The notes below the pieces were generated by a model. It saw nothing but the letters and a program-made list of their open reading frames with translations. It was not told where the DNA came from and did no database searches. The translations under genes were made by a program, and so were the position numbers. From assembly GCA_963842525.1 (NCBI GenBank), contig CAWJGT010000033.1, positions 1 to 58,670 of the forward strand: a stretch of 58,670 bases of DNA, in the 5' to 3' direction. This DNA comes from an uncultured Holophagales bacterium. GTDB lineage: Bacteria > Acidobacteriota > Thermoanaerobaculia > Multivoradales > UBA5704. Position 1 is the stretch's first letter, and each line of letters opens with the position of its first letter. This document shows positions 10,001 to 17,993 of the stretch, in pieces.

Positions 10001-10347
10001 AATCAGGGGCCTGGAGCCGAGCTGTCCGCTGCTGGGTCGAAGCCGGGGATCCGGAGCGGGCCACGGCCGCTCTGCGGCAACGGATCGAGGGGGTGCGGGA
10101 TCCGGTCCGGAGGGCCCGCGCCTGGGTCACGGCGGGTGAGGTCGAGCGCGCTCGCGAGGCGCTCCGGACGGCGAGCAGCCAGGCCCCGGAGGCGCTCGTC
10201 GCCCTGGAAGCCTTGAATGCCGAGCAGGAGGGCCAGTTCCGCGAAGCGGCGAAGCTGTGGGGCTCTCTCGGCCGTGCACGCGATGAATGGAGATGCCTCG
10301 CCCATGCGGGCCAGGATGCCGGCGAGCCGCGTTTCTTCGGAGGATGA
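7033..10347 (+). CDS. RelE/ParE-like N-terminal domain plus UvrD-like SF1 helicase plus C-terminal TPR-like repeats
   Basis: Walker A GSAGSGKT, DEVQD, GDTQQ, KGLEF, LYVGVTRAR. N-terminal VKRLRG..VYEARTDSGDRLLF resembles RelE-type folds. C-terminus is AAxCW/Y helical repeats. Confidence 0.8.
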   Translation: MFPVLLHPDLYTRLRRSERGERTRVWKALLRLREGHWGGGTRVKRLRGIGRPVYEARTDSGDRLLFTVARSADPERPDRLTSHLQVWDLVEHDDAERTARRNRAPEAEFLELEALEELEIFEPPPHPEALFSEIPVDDPADAGEPLLRFLLPPEGFSPEGEEAVAGGVRWFLLGPSVQDEEALQKLLDAGGDELELKLSREQYEILGAPGPVLLAGSAGSGKTTVAVHRLVAAACSPEAPSALYLSYSTPLVEHARGLYRDLAVARGVDPDRRPPDFFTFGDLYRSLVPRDFREHQARPMTEALFREWFRKAGRSMDPALVWEELRSILKGACLAPDQPMLDEETYFELGRKRAPLFVDERPEIYRIAQRYQEWLAEEGRSDRIDLCRRALAEARRRRLKGYDVVVCDEVQDLTELEVSFVLSLSRRTDLAGVLLTGDTQQIVNPSGFRWAEVRRLAGKAAHLKTAPPVQRLRRNLRSVRPLVELANALLLLRREVFGRSEEDEPEEAVIEGPVPIEISAPEEEALAAIRGFGPRCAVLTFDDDEAERLRRELDTERVFHVREAKGLEFESVVLWKLLEPDRDLVDRFVRSTREAAPRLEREARFKRLLQHLYVGVTRARRHLAVYEGAGPHPFWGDERFRGRIEQETVESLAHLFRSTASPDDWDREGDYFRERGHFRQAAECYRRAARAEKETEALANAEEEMEHWSEALERWSRLGIIARQAPLLEKLGRLAEALPLYRQAGLEREARLCELRLLERSQDWPAAALGWEAEGRHADAARCWARAGEERRALAAAARAAEEEENWGRAGEIWLDLDLPEDAVRCFRAAGDRARVALALARQLEAEGRWGRAAAAWRLAGRTDASRRCRALAHEAAGRAERAARLWEGLGETEHAVDLYARADCWFEVARLERPQREETLRLLHQVRKLVEAEDWAEAARLADARIEVLLPHLPEVRWFASSQEERLAEQELHVIKCLKKRCEAIQAEESGAWSRAVRCWVEAGDPERATAALRQRIEGVRDPVRRARAWVTAGEVERAREALRTASSQAPEALVALEALNAEQEGQFREAAKLWGSLGRARDEWRCLAHAGQDAGEPRFFGG

Positions 10348-10356
10348 GGGGGAATC

Positions 10357-11691
10357 ATGCGGGCCGACGATACCGAGCACCCCGAATCCGCAGCATTCAG
10401 CCGCCTGGCCCTGGGCACGGCTTCACCCGAAGAGACCCGGCGGATCGTCCGCCATCTGTTGCGAGGCTGCACGTCCTGCAGCCGGAGGGCTGAAGCGGCC
10501 CGCACCCCGGCCACCCCTCCGCCGAGCAGCTACGACGAGGTCTTCGAGCGCCTCGAGCGCCGGATCACCGCAGGCCTGGACCGGCTGGAGAACGAGCGCC
10601 AGGAGCGCGGGACGGCGCACCAGCTCTATGCCGAGCTGCTCGCCCACGAAGCTGTCCAGGGGCTGGCGCAGCTCCACAGCACCCGCCGGTACGCCAGCCT
10701 GGCCCTCTGCGAGCTCCTGTTGCAGACCGCCCGCGACATCGGGATCGACGACCCCGCGCGCGCCCGCCGGGCGACCGAGCTGGCCGTCCGGGTGGCCGAG
10801 CAGCTCGACCTCGACCTCTATGGCGCTCCCGTGGTGCAGGACCTGCGGGCGATCGCCTGGGCGTACCTTGCCGACACCGGCCGGGTGCAGGCCGACCTGC
10901 GTCTGGCCGAGAGCTCCCTGGCCACCGCCGAGCTCCTGCTGGAAAAGGGGACCGGCGACCCGCTGGCCCGCGCCGAGCTGATGACCGTCAAGGCCTCGTT
11001 GCGCGCCTACAGCGGCCGTTTCGACCGGGCGATCCAGCTCCTCAATCGGACGGCCACCATCTACCGCCGGGCCGGCGACCGCCACCTCCTGGGCCGCACC
11101 CTGCTCAAGAAAGGCACCTTCTACGGCAACGCCGGCGAGCCGGAGCTCGCCGTGCGGCTGATCCACCGCGCGATCGACCTGATCGATGTGTCGCGCGAGC
11201 CGCGGCTGATGATCTGCGCCACCCACAACCTCATCTGGTTCCTCCAGGAGGGCGGGCGCACCGGGCAGAGCGCCATCTGGCTGGAGGGCGCCCGCCGGCT
11301 GTACCAGCGGGCCGGCGACCGCCGGGACCTCGGCCGGCTGCGCTGGCTGGAGGGGAAGATCGCCCGAAAACCCCGCGAGGCCGAGGCGGCGCTGCTCGCG
11401 GCCCGGGAAACCCTGGCCCGCGAAGGGCTCGCCTACGAAGCGGCCTTGGCCGCCATGGACCTGGCGGTGCTCTACGCCAGCGAAAGCCGCAGAACCGAAA
11501 TGAACCGCCAGACCGAACAGATGCTCCCGCTCTTCCGCTCGGACGACATGTACCGGGAGACGCTGATGGCGCTCAGCTCCTTCGACCCCTCGGCACGCCG
11601 GGAGCCGGTCGCCCTGCTGGCGGAGCTCGGGAGCTATCTCGACAGCGCCTGGCAGCGGAGCAATCCGCGTTCCCTGGCTCCACCCGTATAA
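10357..11691 (+). CDS. Zinc-finger plus TPR-repeat protein, paralog 2 (no adjacent peptide gene)
   Basis: HLLRGCTSC, DLRAIAWAYLAD, GTGDP, REPRL, GLAYEAALAAMDL. Starts 9 nt after the helicase stop. Confidence 0.85.
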   Translation: MRADDTEHPESAAFSRLALGTASPEETRRIVRHLLRGCTSCSRRAEAARTPATPPPSSYDEVFERLERRITAGLDRLENERQERGTAHQLYAELLAHEAVQGLAQLHSTRRYASLALCELLLQTARDIGIDDPARARRATELAVRVAEQLDLDLYGAPVVQDLRAIAWAYLADTGRVQADLRLAESSLATAELLLEKGTGDPLARAELMTVKASLRAYSGRFDRAIQLLNRTATIYRRAGDRHLLGRTLLKKGTFYGNAGEPELAVRLIHRAIDLIDVSREPRLMICATHNLIWFLQEGGRTGQSAIWLEGARRLYQRAGDRRDLGRLRWLEGKIARKPREAEAALLAARETLAREGLAYEAALAAMDLAVLYASESRRTEMNRQTEQMLPLFRSDDMYRETLMALSSFDPSARREPVALLAELGSYLDSAWQRSNPRSLAPPV

Positions 11692-11740
11692 TCGCGGGCA
11701 CCCGGACCGCCGTCCCCACCTTGGGGCTGCGGTCGTTCTC

Positions 11741-12925
11741 ATGCCCGGACCCTCGCACCAACTCTCCGACCCGGAGCTCCTCGCCCGCCTGGTCGCCTTC
11801 GATTCGACGAGCCGCAACAGCAACCTGCCGATCGCCGGTTTCCTCTGCGACTATCTCGACCGGCCCGGCATCCGGATCGACCGCAACCCATCGCCCGACG
11901 GCGGCAAGGAGAACGTGGTCGCCTGGGTGGGCCCGGAGCCGCGGGACGACCGCGCCGGCCTGGTCCTCTCCGGCCACATGGACGTCGTCCCGGCCGACGA
12001 GGACGGCTGGCGGAGCGATCCGTTCACCCTGGCCGACGAGGGGGACCGCTGGGTCGCCCGCGGCGCCTGCGACATGAAGGGGTTCCTGGCCCTGGCGGCC
12101 AACCTCGCGGTCGAAGCTGCCGCAAGCGGGCGCCTGCGCGCGCCCCTGGCCCTGGTCTTCACCTATGACGAGGAGGTCGGCACCCTGGGAGCGCGGCGCC
12201 TCCTGGAGAGCTATCCCGAGGGTCGCGCCCTGCCGCGCAGCGCCATCATCGGCGAGCCGACCTCCCTTCGGGTGGCGCGCGCCCACAAGGGGCATCTCAA
12301 GCTGCGGATCACGCTCCGCGGCCGCAGCGCGCACAGCGGCTATCCGCACCTGGGCGTCAACGCCATCGAGCCGGCCGGCCGGGTGGTCAACGCCCTCGTC
12401 CATCTCCGCGAAGAGCTGGAGCGGGAGACCGCGCTGAATCAGGACCTCTTTCCGGAGGTGCCGTACGTGCCGCTCAACATCGGCACCGTCCACGGCGGCT
12501 CGGCGATCAATATCGTGCCGGACCGCTGCATCGTCGAGGTAGGCATCCGTCCTCTCCCAGGGGCCTCCTCCGAAGAGCTCACCGAGCGGGTGCGCCGGGC
12601 CGCCGTCGCGGCTGCGGCTCCCCTGGAACCGAGTTTTGAACCGAACATCGAGGTGCTTTCCGACAGCCCGCCGATGCTCCTCGACGAGAGCGCGCCGATC
12701 CACCGCCACCTCTGCGGCCTCGTAGGGCAGGAGCACGGCGCCACGGTCTCCTTCGCCACCGACGCCGGCTGGCTCCAGCAGCTCGGCATCGACTGCGCCA
12801 TCTTCGGGCCCGGGACGATCGAAGTGGCCCACAAGCCGAACGAGCACCTGCCCAAGGAGGAGCTCGCCGCGGCCCGCGGCCTGCTGGAGCGCACCGTCCG
12901 CCGGTTCTGTGAGGAGACGGCATGA
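11741..12925 (+). CDS. argE: Acetylornithine deacetylase (M20 family)
   Basis: LSGHMDVVP, RGACDMKG, YDEEVG, IIGEPT, AHKPNE. Confidence 0.9.
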   Translation: MPGPSHQLSDPELLARLVAFDSTSRNSNLPIAGFLCDYLDRPGIRIDRNPSPDGGKENVVAWVGPEPRDDRAGLVLSGHMDVVPADEDGWRSDPFTLADEGDRWVARGACDMKGFLALAANLAVEAAASGRLRAPLALVFTYDEEVGTLGARRLLESYPEGRALPRSAIIGEPTSLRVARAHKGHLKLRITLRGRSAHSGYPHLGVNAIEPAGRVVNALVHLREELERETALNQDLFPEVPYVPLNIGTVHGGSAINIVPDRCIVEVGIRPLPGASSEELTERVRRAAVAAAAPLEPSFEPNIEVLSDSPPMLLDESAPIHRHLCGLVGQEHGATVSFATDAGWLQQLGIDCAIFGPGTIEVAHKPNEHLPKEELAAARGLLERTVRRFCEETA

Positions 12926-12996
12926 GCTACACGGCCCCTCACCCCCGGCCCCTCTCCCATCCGCACTCCCCAACCACCGGGAGAGGGGAGCCATGA
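12922..12996 (+). CDS. 24-aa mini-ORF encoded by a REP-like copy, overlapping argE and hutF via ATGA
   Basis: MSYTAPHPRPLSHPHSPTTGRGEP*. The ATG overlaps the argE TGA, and the TGA overlaps the hutF ATG. Confidence 0.45.
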   Translation: MSYTAPHPRPLSHPHSPTTGRGEP

Positions 12997-13080
12997 GCTC
13001 CGAAACCAGAGAGTCTCTTCCCCCCTCTCCCGGGGGACCTGGAGTGCGGATGGGAGAGGGGGGCCAGGGGGGTGAGGGCC
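12933..13080. repeat. Inverted pair of REP-like elements
   Basis: GGCCCCTCACCCCCGGCCCCTCTCCCATCCGCACTCC... and its near reverse complement ...GGAGTGCGGATGGGAGAGGGGGGCCAGGGGGGTGAGGGCC. Confidence 0.85.
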
Positions 13081-14375
13081 CCCAGATCGTCGAGGCGGAC
13101 TGGACCTGGACAGGCGAGGCGTTCGAGCCCGGCATCCAGATCGAAATCAACGAGCACGGTCGGATCGCGGCGGCCGGCCGGCTCGGCCTCTCTCCCACCC
13201 TGCGGCTCGCCGGCCGGGCTCTCCTCCCGGGGATGGTCAGCGCCCACTCGCACGCGTTCCAGCGGGGGCTGCGCGGGAAGGGCGAGACCTTTCCAGCCGG
13301 CTCCGGGACCTTCTGGACCTGGCGCGAGGCCATGTACGGCCTGGTCGCCCTCCTCGACGGTGAGTCCTTCCAGAGACTCTGCGTCCAGACGTTCCGCGAG
13401 ATGCGCGCGGCCGGCATCACCACCGTGGGCGAGCTCCACTACTTCCACCACAGCGCCGAAGAGGGTTCCGAGGCCATGGATTGGGCCTTCGACGAGCGGG
13501 TGCTCCATGCCGCCGCCGAAGCCGGAATCCGCATCGCATTGCTGGAGGTCTACTACCGCACGGGCGCCATCGGTCAGCCGCTCGAAGGGGCGCAGCGGCG
13601 CTTCGGCTCCGGCTCGGCCGCGGCATATTGGGAGCAGATGGACCGTCTCGCGGCGAGTCTCGCACCCCGCCTGCAGAGCCTGGGAGCGTCGGTCCACAGC
13701 CTGCGCGCCGCGAGCCTGGACGACCTGCGCGAGGTCTACGACGAGGCCCGGCGGCGCGACCTGGTCTTCCATATCCACGTCGAGGAGCAGCGGCGGGAGA
13801 TCGAGGACTCGATCGCCTACTACGGCCGCCGGCCGATGGAGCTCCTCCTGGAGACCCTGGGCACGGCGACCGACGTCACCGCCGTGCACTGCACCCACAC
13901 CGACGCGGAGGACATGGAGCGCTTCCTGGCAGGCGGAGGCACCGTCTGCCTCTGCCCGCTGACCGAGGCGAATCTGGGCGACGGCATCCCCGGGCTCTCC
14001 AACATCCATCGGCTCGGAGGCCCGATCTGCCTGGGCAGCGACTCCAACGCCCGCATCTCGATGCTGGAGGAGATGCGCTGGCTGGAGTACGCACAGCGCC
14101 TTGCCACGGAGACCCGCGGTGCATTGCGCGATGCCGCCGGGACCGTGTCGCGCGGGCTGCTCCGGGCCGCCACGATCGGCGGCGCCGAGGCCCTCGGACT
14201 GGAGGCGGGACGCATCGCTCCCGGCGCCTGGGCCGACTTCGCCGCCGTCGACCTGACCGCTCCCACCCTCGCCGGCTGGGAGCCCGACACTCTCCTCGAT
14301 GCCCTCGTCTTCGGAGCTGGAAACCAGGCCATCGCCGCCACCTGCGTGGGTGGGGAGTGGGCAGAACACCGGTAG
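12993..14375 (+). CDS. hutF: Formimidoylglutamate deiminase-like amidohydrolase
   Basis: AHSHAFQR, ELHYFHH, HSLRA, HIHVEEQ, VHCTH, CPLTEANLGDG, GSDSN. Confidence 0.85.
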   Translation: MSSETRESLPPSPGGPGVRMGEGGQGGEGPQIVEADWTWTGEAFEPGIQIEINEHGRIAAAGRLGLSPTLRLAGRALLPGMVSAHSHAFQRGLRGKGETFPAGSGTFWTWREAMYGLVALLDGESFQRLCVQTFREMRAAGITTVGELHYFHHSAEEGSEAMDWAFDERVLHAAAEAGIRIALLEVYYRTGAIGQPLEGAQRRFGSGSAAAYWEQMDRLAASLAPRLQSLGASVHSLRAASLDDLREVYDEARRRDLVFHIHVEEQRREIEDSIAYYGRRPMELLLETLGTATDVTAVHCTHTDAEDMERFLAGGGTVCLCPLTEANLGDGIPGLSNIHRLGGPICLGSDSNARISMLEEMRWLEYAQRLATETRGALRDAAGTVSRGLLRAATIGGAEALGLEAGRIAPGAWADFAAVDLTAPTLAGWEPDTLLDALVFGAGNQAIAATCVGGEWAEHR

Positions 14376-14384
14376 GAGAACATC

Positions 14385-15086
14385 ATGTGCGGACGCTACA
14401 CCCTGACCTCCAAGGGCGACGAGCTCGCCCTGCTCTTCGACCTGCCGGAGGTGCCGATTCTGCCTCCGCGGTACAACCAGGCGCCGACCCAGGAGGCCGC
14501 CGTGGTGCGGGTGGCCACCTCCGGGGAGCCGCGCCACCTCGACCTGCTGCGCTGGGGACTCGTCCCCTACTGGGCCGAGGACCCGAGCATCGGCAACCGG
14601 ATGATCAATGCCCGCTCCGAGGGGGTCGCCGAAAAACCGGCCTTCAAGTGGAGCTTCCGCAGGCAGCGCTGCCTGATCCCCTCCGACGGCTTCTACGAGT
14701 GGAAGAAGGAGGGCAAGCTCAAGCAGCCCTACCACATCCGCCGCAAGGACCGGCAGCCCTTCGCCTTCGCCGGCCTCTGGGCGCGCTGGAAGCCGAAGCC
14801 CTCCCCTGGAGAAAGCAGCGCAGGGATCGACCCGCTCGACACCTTCACCATCCTCACGACCGACGCCAACGACCTGATCAAGCCGCTGCACAACCGCATG
14901 CCCGTGATCCTCGACCCCAAGGACTTCGACCTCTGGCTCGATCCCGGGATGCAGGACCCCGAGCGGCTCAAGACCCTGCTGGTGCCCGCTGTGGGCGACG
15001 CGTGGGAGACGGTCCCCGTGAGCCGGACGGTCAACAGCCCCGCCTATGACGGACCCGGCTGCATCGAGCCGCTGGTCGAGGGCTGA
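14385..15086 (+). CDS. SOS response-associated peptidase (SRAP/YedK/HMCES family)
   Basis: N-terminal MCGRY, INARSE, RCLIPSDGFYEW, HNRMPVIL. Confidence 0.95.
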   Translation: MCGRYTLTSKGDELALLFDLPEVPILPPRYNQAPTQEAAVVRVATSGEPRHLDLLRWGLVPYWAEDPSIGNRMINARSEGVAEKPAFKWSFRRQRCLIPSDGFYEWKKEGKLKQPYHIRRKDRQPFAFAGLWARWKPKPSPGESSAGIDPLDTFTILTTDANDLIKPLHNRMPVILDPKDFDLWLDPGMQDPERLKTLLVPAVGDAWETVPVSRTVNSPAYDGPGCIEPLVEG

Positions 15087-15566
15087 TCAGAGCAGGTACG
15101 CGGTGACGAAGACCGCGACCATGATGAAGATCAGGGCCAGCTTGCCGGCGGTACCGATCAGCAGCCCGACCCAGGTGCCGAAGCCGACCTTGATCGCCTG
15201 ATCCCGGTTGCGCCGCGCCAGGTACTCGCCGGCTACGGCTCCGACGAAGGGGCCGAGAAGCAGGCCGGGAAGGCTGAAGAAGAAACCGACCACGGTGCCG
15301 ACCGCCGCGCCGGCCACGGCGAGCCAGCTCGCTCCGACCCGCTTCGCCCCCATCCCCGTGGCCAGGATGTCCACGACAACGGAGAGGATCGTCAGGAGGC
15401 CGAGGAGCACCAGCGGAAACCAGCCCACCTTCTCGAAGCCGTCGATCCACGCTCCGAGCAGGAGCCCCGCGAAAACGAGCGGCGGGCCCGGTAGGGCGGG
15501 CAGGATCGTCCCCGCGATCCCGACGAGGACGAGCGCAATGGCGAGGACCCAGAGGAGAGGCTCCAT
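15087..15566 (-). CDS. DUF456-like membrane protein
   Basis: GTILPALPGPPL, GPFVGAVAGE. Several transmembrane segments. Confidence 0.8.
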   Translation of the reverse strand: MEPLLWVLAIALVLVGIAGTILPALPGPPLVFAGLLLGAWIDGFEKVGWFPLVLLGLLTILSVVVDILATGMGAKRVGASWLAVAGAAVGTVVGFFFSLPGLLLGPFVGAVAGEYLARRNRDQAIKVGFGTWVGLLIGTAGKLALIFIMVAVFVTAYLL

Positions 15567-15576
15567 CCTCCTGACT

Positions 15577-16479
15577 CTACCCCACTCCCGGAGTCGGTCC
15601 GGGCGGCTTCCGGCGCTTCCGGAGACGCAGCAGCAGCCAGATCGGTATGCCGACCAACACCACCAGGGGGACGACGACGATCACCAGGAAGATCACGACG
15701 TTGGCCAGGCCTTTGAGGACCTCCACCAGGACCCGGGCGCTGCCGCGGATCATGGCCAGAGGCCGCCACTCGTCGCGCACCACCGGCGCCGTGGCCAGGT
15801 CCGACCGCAGGGTGACGCGGAGGGTCGAGAGCGCGACGAGGCGGTCGAACGCGTTGAGCTGACCCTGGATCTGCTCGATCTGTGACCGGATCTCCGTCAA
15901 CTCCCGGTAGATGGACATGATGTCCTCGACCTTGCGCTGCCGCTCCCGGGACTCGGCGAGGAGCTCGCGCAGCTCGTCCTCGGTGGCCTTGAGCGTACGC
16001 ATGCGGGCGTCCAGGTCGATGTAGCGGTCCGTCACGTCCTCGGTCGCCAGGCGCTCGCCTTCCACCCGGACGGCCAGCTTGCGGAGCGCGCCGAGAGCCT
16101 CGGTCAACCGTTCCGCCGGGACCCGCAGGGTCATCTGGTATTCCAGCAGGTTCTCGCTCCGCTGGGCGTTGACGTCCGAGACGAAGCCGCCGAGCGAGGA
16201 GGCGAGCGCCTCGACCTGCCGTGCCGCCGCTTCGGTGTCGCGGACCACCAGCGCGAGGTCGACCGTCCGGATCAGCTTGCGGGGAGAAGGCTGGGGCCGG
16301 GCCCCTTCCTTCGTGGCCGCCTGCCCGGGAGACGCTGGAGCCTGCTCCCCCCGCGTAGCGGACGCCACGGCGGAATCGGCAACCGGAGCTTCTTCTCCCC
16401 GGGAGCTCTCCATCCTCTGACAGCCAACCCAGGCCAGCAACGCCAGCAGGACAGCTCCTCCGCGCAGGGTGCCCTTCAT
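15577..16479 (-). CDS. DUF4349-like lipoprotein
   Basis: Lipobox-like WVGC, RKLIRT, EDVTDRYIDL, coiled coil, C-terminal transmembrane helix. Confidence 0.8.
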   Translation of the reverse strand: MKGTLRGGAVLLALLAWVGCQRMESSRGEEAPVADSAVASATRGEQAPASPGQAATKEGARPQPSPRKLIRTVDLALVVRDTEAAARQVEALASSLGGFVSDVNAQRSENLLEYQMTLRVPAERLTEALGALRKLAVRVEGERLATEDVTDRYIDLDARMRTLKATEDELRELLAESRERQRKVEDIMSIYRELTEIRSQIEQIQGQLNAFDRLVALSTLRVTLRSDLATAPVVRDEWRPLAMIRGSARVLVEVLKGLANVVIFLVIVVVPLVVLVGIPIWLLLRLRKRRKPPGPTPGVG

Positions 16480-16606
16480 GGCTCTCTCTCCTTTCGGCGA
16501 ACGCACGCGGCCTGGGCCGCAGCTCCAGGTCCGATGAAGAGAATATACACTTGGCCTCCCTGCGTGTGCCTTGCCAGCGTCGAGGTCACCCGGCGAGGCC
16601 ACATAC

Positions 16607-17701
16607 CTACTCGGGGCTACACGCCGTGCTGAACCTGACCTCCGTTGCGCCAAAGACTTCCACATACTTCAAGAGTGGAATGAGGCCGAGCTCTTTGCGG
16701 AGCTCCTCGACGCGGTTCTGATCCTCGACCGGCAAAACAACTACTTCGCCAGATTCGTGTGTAACTTGCGACCCGTAGCGTTGTCTGCAGCCAAGGGCCA
16801 AATGGAGCCTGTCGTAAAGAAGAGCGTAGTCCTCAGCCTCGAGGCGACCTGCGTCAACGTCCTCCTGGATTCGCGGGAGTACGCTCAGCATGAGCGGAAT
16901 ATCCCAGCTATGCTGCACGATGAGAAACGCCGCCTTTGAGGCACCATAACCGAATCTGGAGACGTCGATCCATCCAACCTCCGAGAGGAGCCCCCGGATA
17001 TACTCGGTGTTCTCGCTGGTCCGGTCTGCCCAAAGGACCAGCTCTCGCTCACTCGGGACGGGCTCAGAGGTGCTTTGTTGAAGCCATGGAGGAGAAGAGC
17101 CTCCCGGCCGCCTTCTGGTCTTCAGCAGCGCCTGGTCTGCCTCTTGCCGACGGTACACCTCACCTTGGATCGCGAGCACTTGATCTTCGCTCAGCGGCAT
17201 CGGATCGGGCAGCGGAAACGCGAGCGAAAGCTCATCAGGCCTCGAGTCGATCTTGTGCAGCGTGCGAACCTTTCCTCGGATTGAGTCCTCGATCGTGATT
17301 TCGTCCTTGTGTGGCCCGATCCCGAAATAGGCATCATGCCCTGTGTTGCAGATGTGGAGCCGGTTCTTTTTGACTCTAAGAACGCGAGCTGCTTCTCTCA
17401 CTCTGCCGCTATAGGCAATCAGGATCTGAGAACCTTCAATCCCCACAAAGAAGCTTGGGTCTTGATGATCCTGCCAAACCCCCGATAAGTCATTATGTTC
17501 GGTCGAAGACAGACGGACCCGGACCCTTCCCGTCTCAGTCTGGTTGTGGAGAGCACAGCTTCCAAGGGGAAAAACTGCGGTCAACAGAAGCAAGAGCGCA
17601 CAGGCAGGGCCTGCACTCCCAGCTAGCCAGAGTCCGACACCTTCATTACCGTTACGCAGAAAAATTACCATCTTATAAACTACCGACAATTCTGTTGACA
17701 C
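16607..17701 (-). CDS. Exported protein with a DUF6624-like C-terminal domain (start uncertain)
   Basis: Hydrophobic segment ending LGSC. DQ...GW....G...AFLIVQHS...YALLYDR....QRYGSQ pattern. Confidence 0.7.
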   Translation of the reverse strand: MSTELSVVYKMVIFLRNGNEGVGLWLAGSAGPACALLLLLTAVFPLGSCALHNQTETGRVRVRLSSTEHNDLSGVWQDHQDPSFFVGIEGSQILIAYSGRVREAARVLRVKKNRLHICNTGHDAYFGIGPHKDEITIEDSIRGKVRTLHKIDSRPDELSLAFPLPDPMPLSEDQVLAIQGEVYRRQEADQALLKTRRRPGGSSPPWLQQSTSEPVPSERELVLWADRTSENTEYIRGLLSEVGWIDVSRFGYGASKAAFLIVQHSWDIPLMLSVLPRIQEDVDAGRLEAEDYALLYDRLHLALGCRQRYGSQVTHESGEVVVLPVEDQNRVEELRKELGLIPLLKYVEVFGATEVRFSTACSPE

Positions 17702-17723
17702 CGTAGACTTCTCCGATTATACT
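17695..17723 (+). promoter_or_regulatory. Near-consensus sigma70 promoter for the RiPP precursor
   Basis: TTGACA (17695-17700), 17-bp spacer, TATACT (17718-17723). GAGGAGG RBS at 17745-17751. Confidence 0.8.
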
Positions 17724-17756
17724 CACACGGCTATTCTGTCACGAGAGGAGGAACCC

Positions 17757-17951
17757 GTGAAGACCCAGGATTTCAGGAACAGGAAGAGGGTGCTCGCGCG
17801 CCGGCTTGCCAGAGAGCTGACTTCGGAAGAGTTGGGGCAGGTTGGTGGCCACGGAACCAGCTATGGCGGCACTGGGAGTTGCATCAATGGTAAAGCCGAC
17901 GACATCGAAGGTCGCGACTGTGTCGACGGGCAAGACACCTTCGAGTGCTGA
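17757..17951 (+). CDS. Putative graspetide-type RiPP precursor peptide
   Basis: Leader RVLARRLARELTSEELGQVGG ends in double Gly. Core HGTSYGGTGSCINGKADDIEGRDCVDGQDTFEC is rich in T/S/K and D/E. Directly upstream of the ATP-grasp ligase. Confidence 0.8.
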   Translation: MKTQDFRNRKRVLARRLARELTSEELGQVGGHGTSYGGTGSCINGKADDIEGRDCVDGQDTFEC

Positions 17952-17959
17952 GGCAGGGC

Positions 17960-17985
17960 ACCGAGCAGGAGTGACCCTGCTCGGT
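17960..17985 (+). other. Intergenic 10-bp stem-loop between precursor and ATP-grasp gene
   Basis: ACCGAGCAGG-AGTGAC-CCTGCTCGGT, with no U-tract. Confidence 0.7.
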
Positions 17986-17993
17986 AAGCCTCC

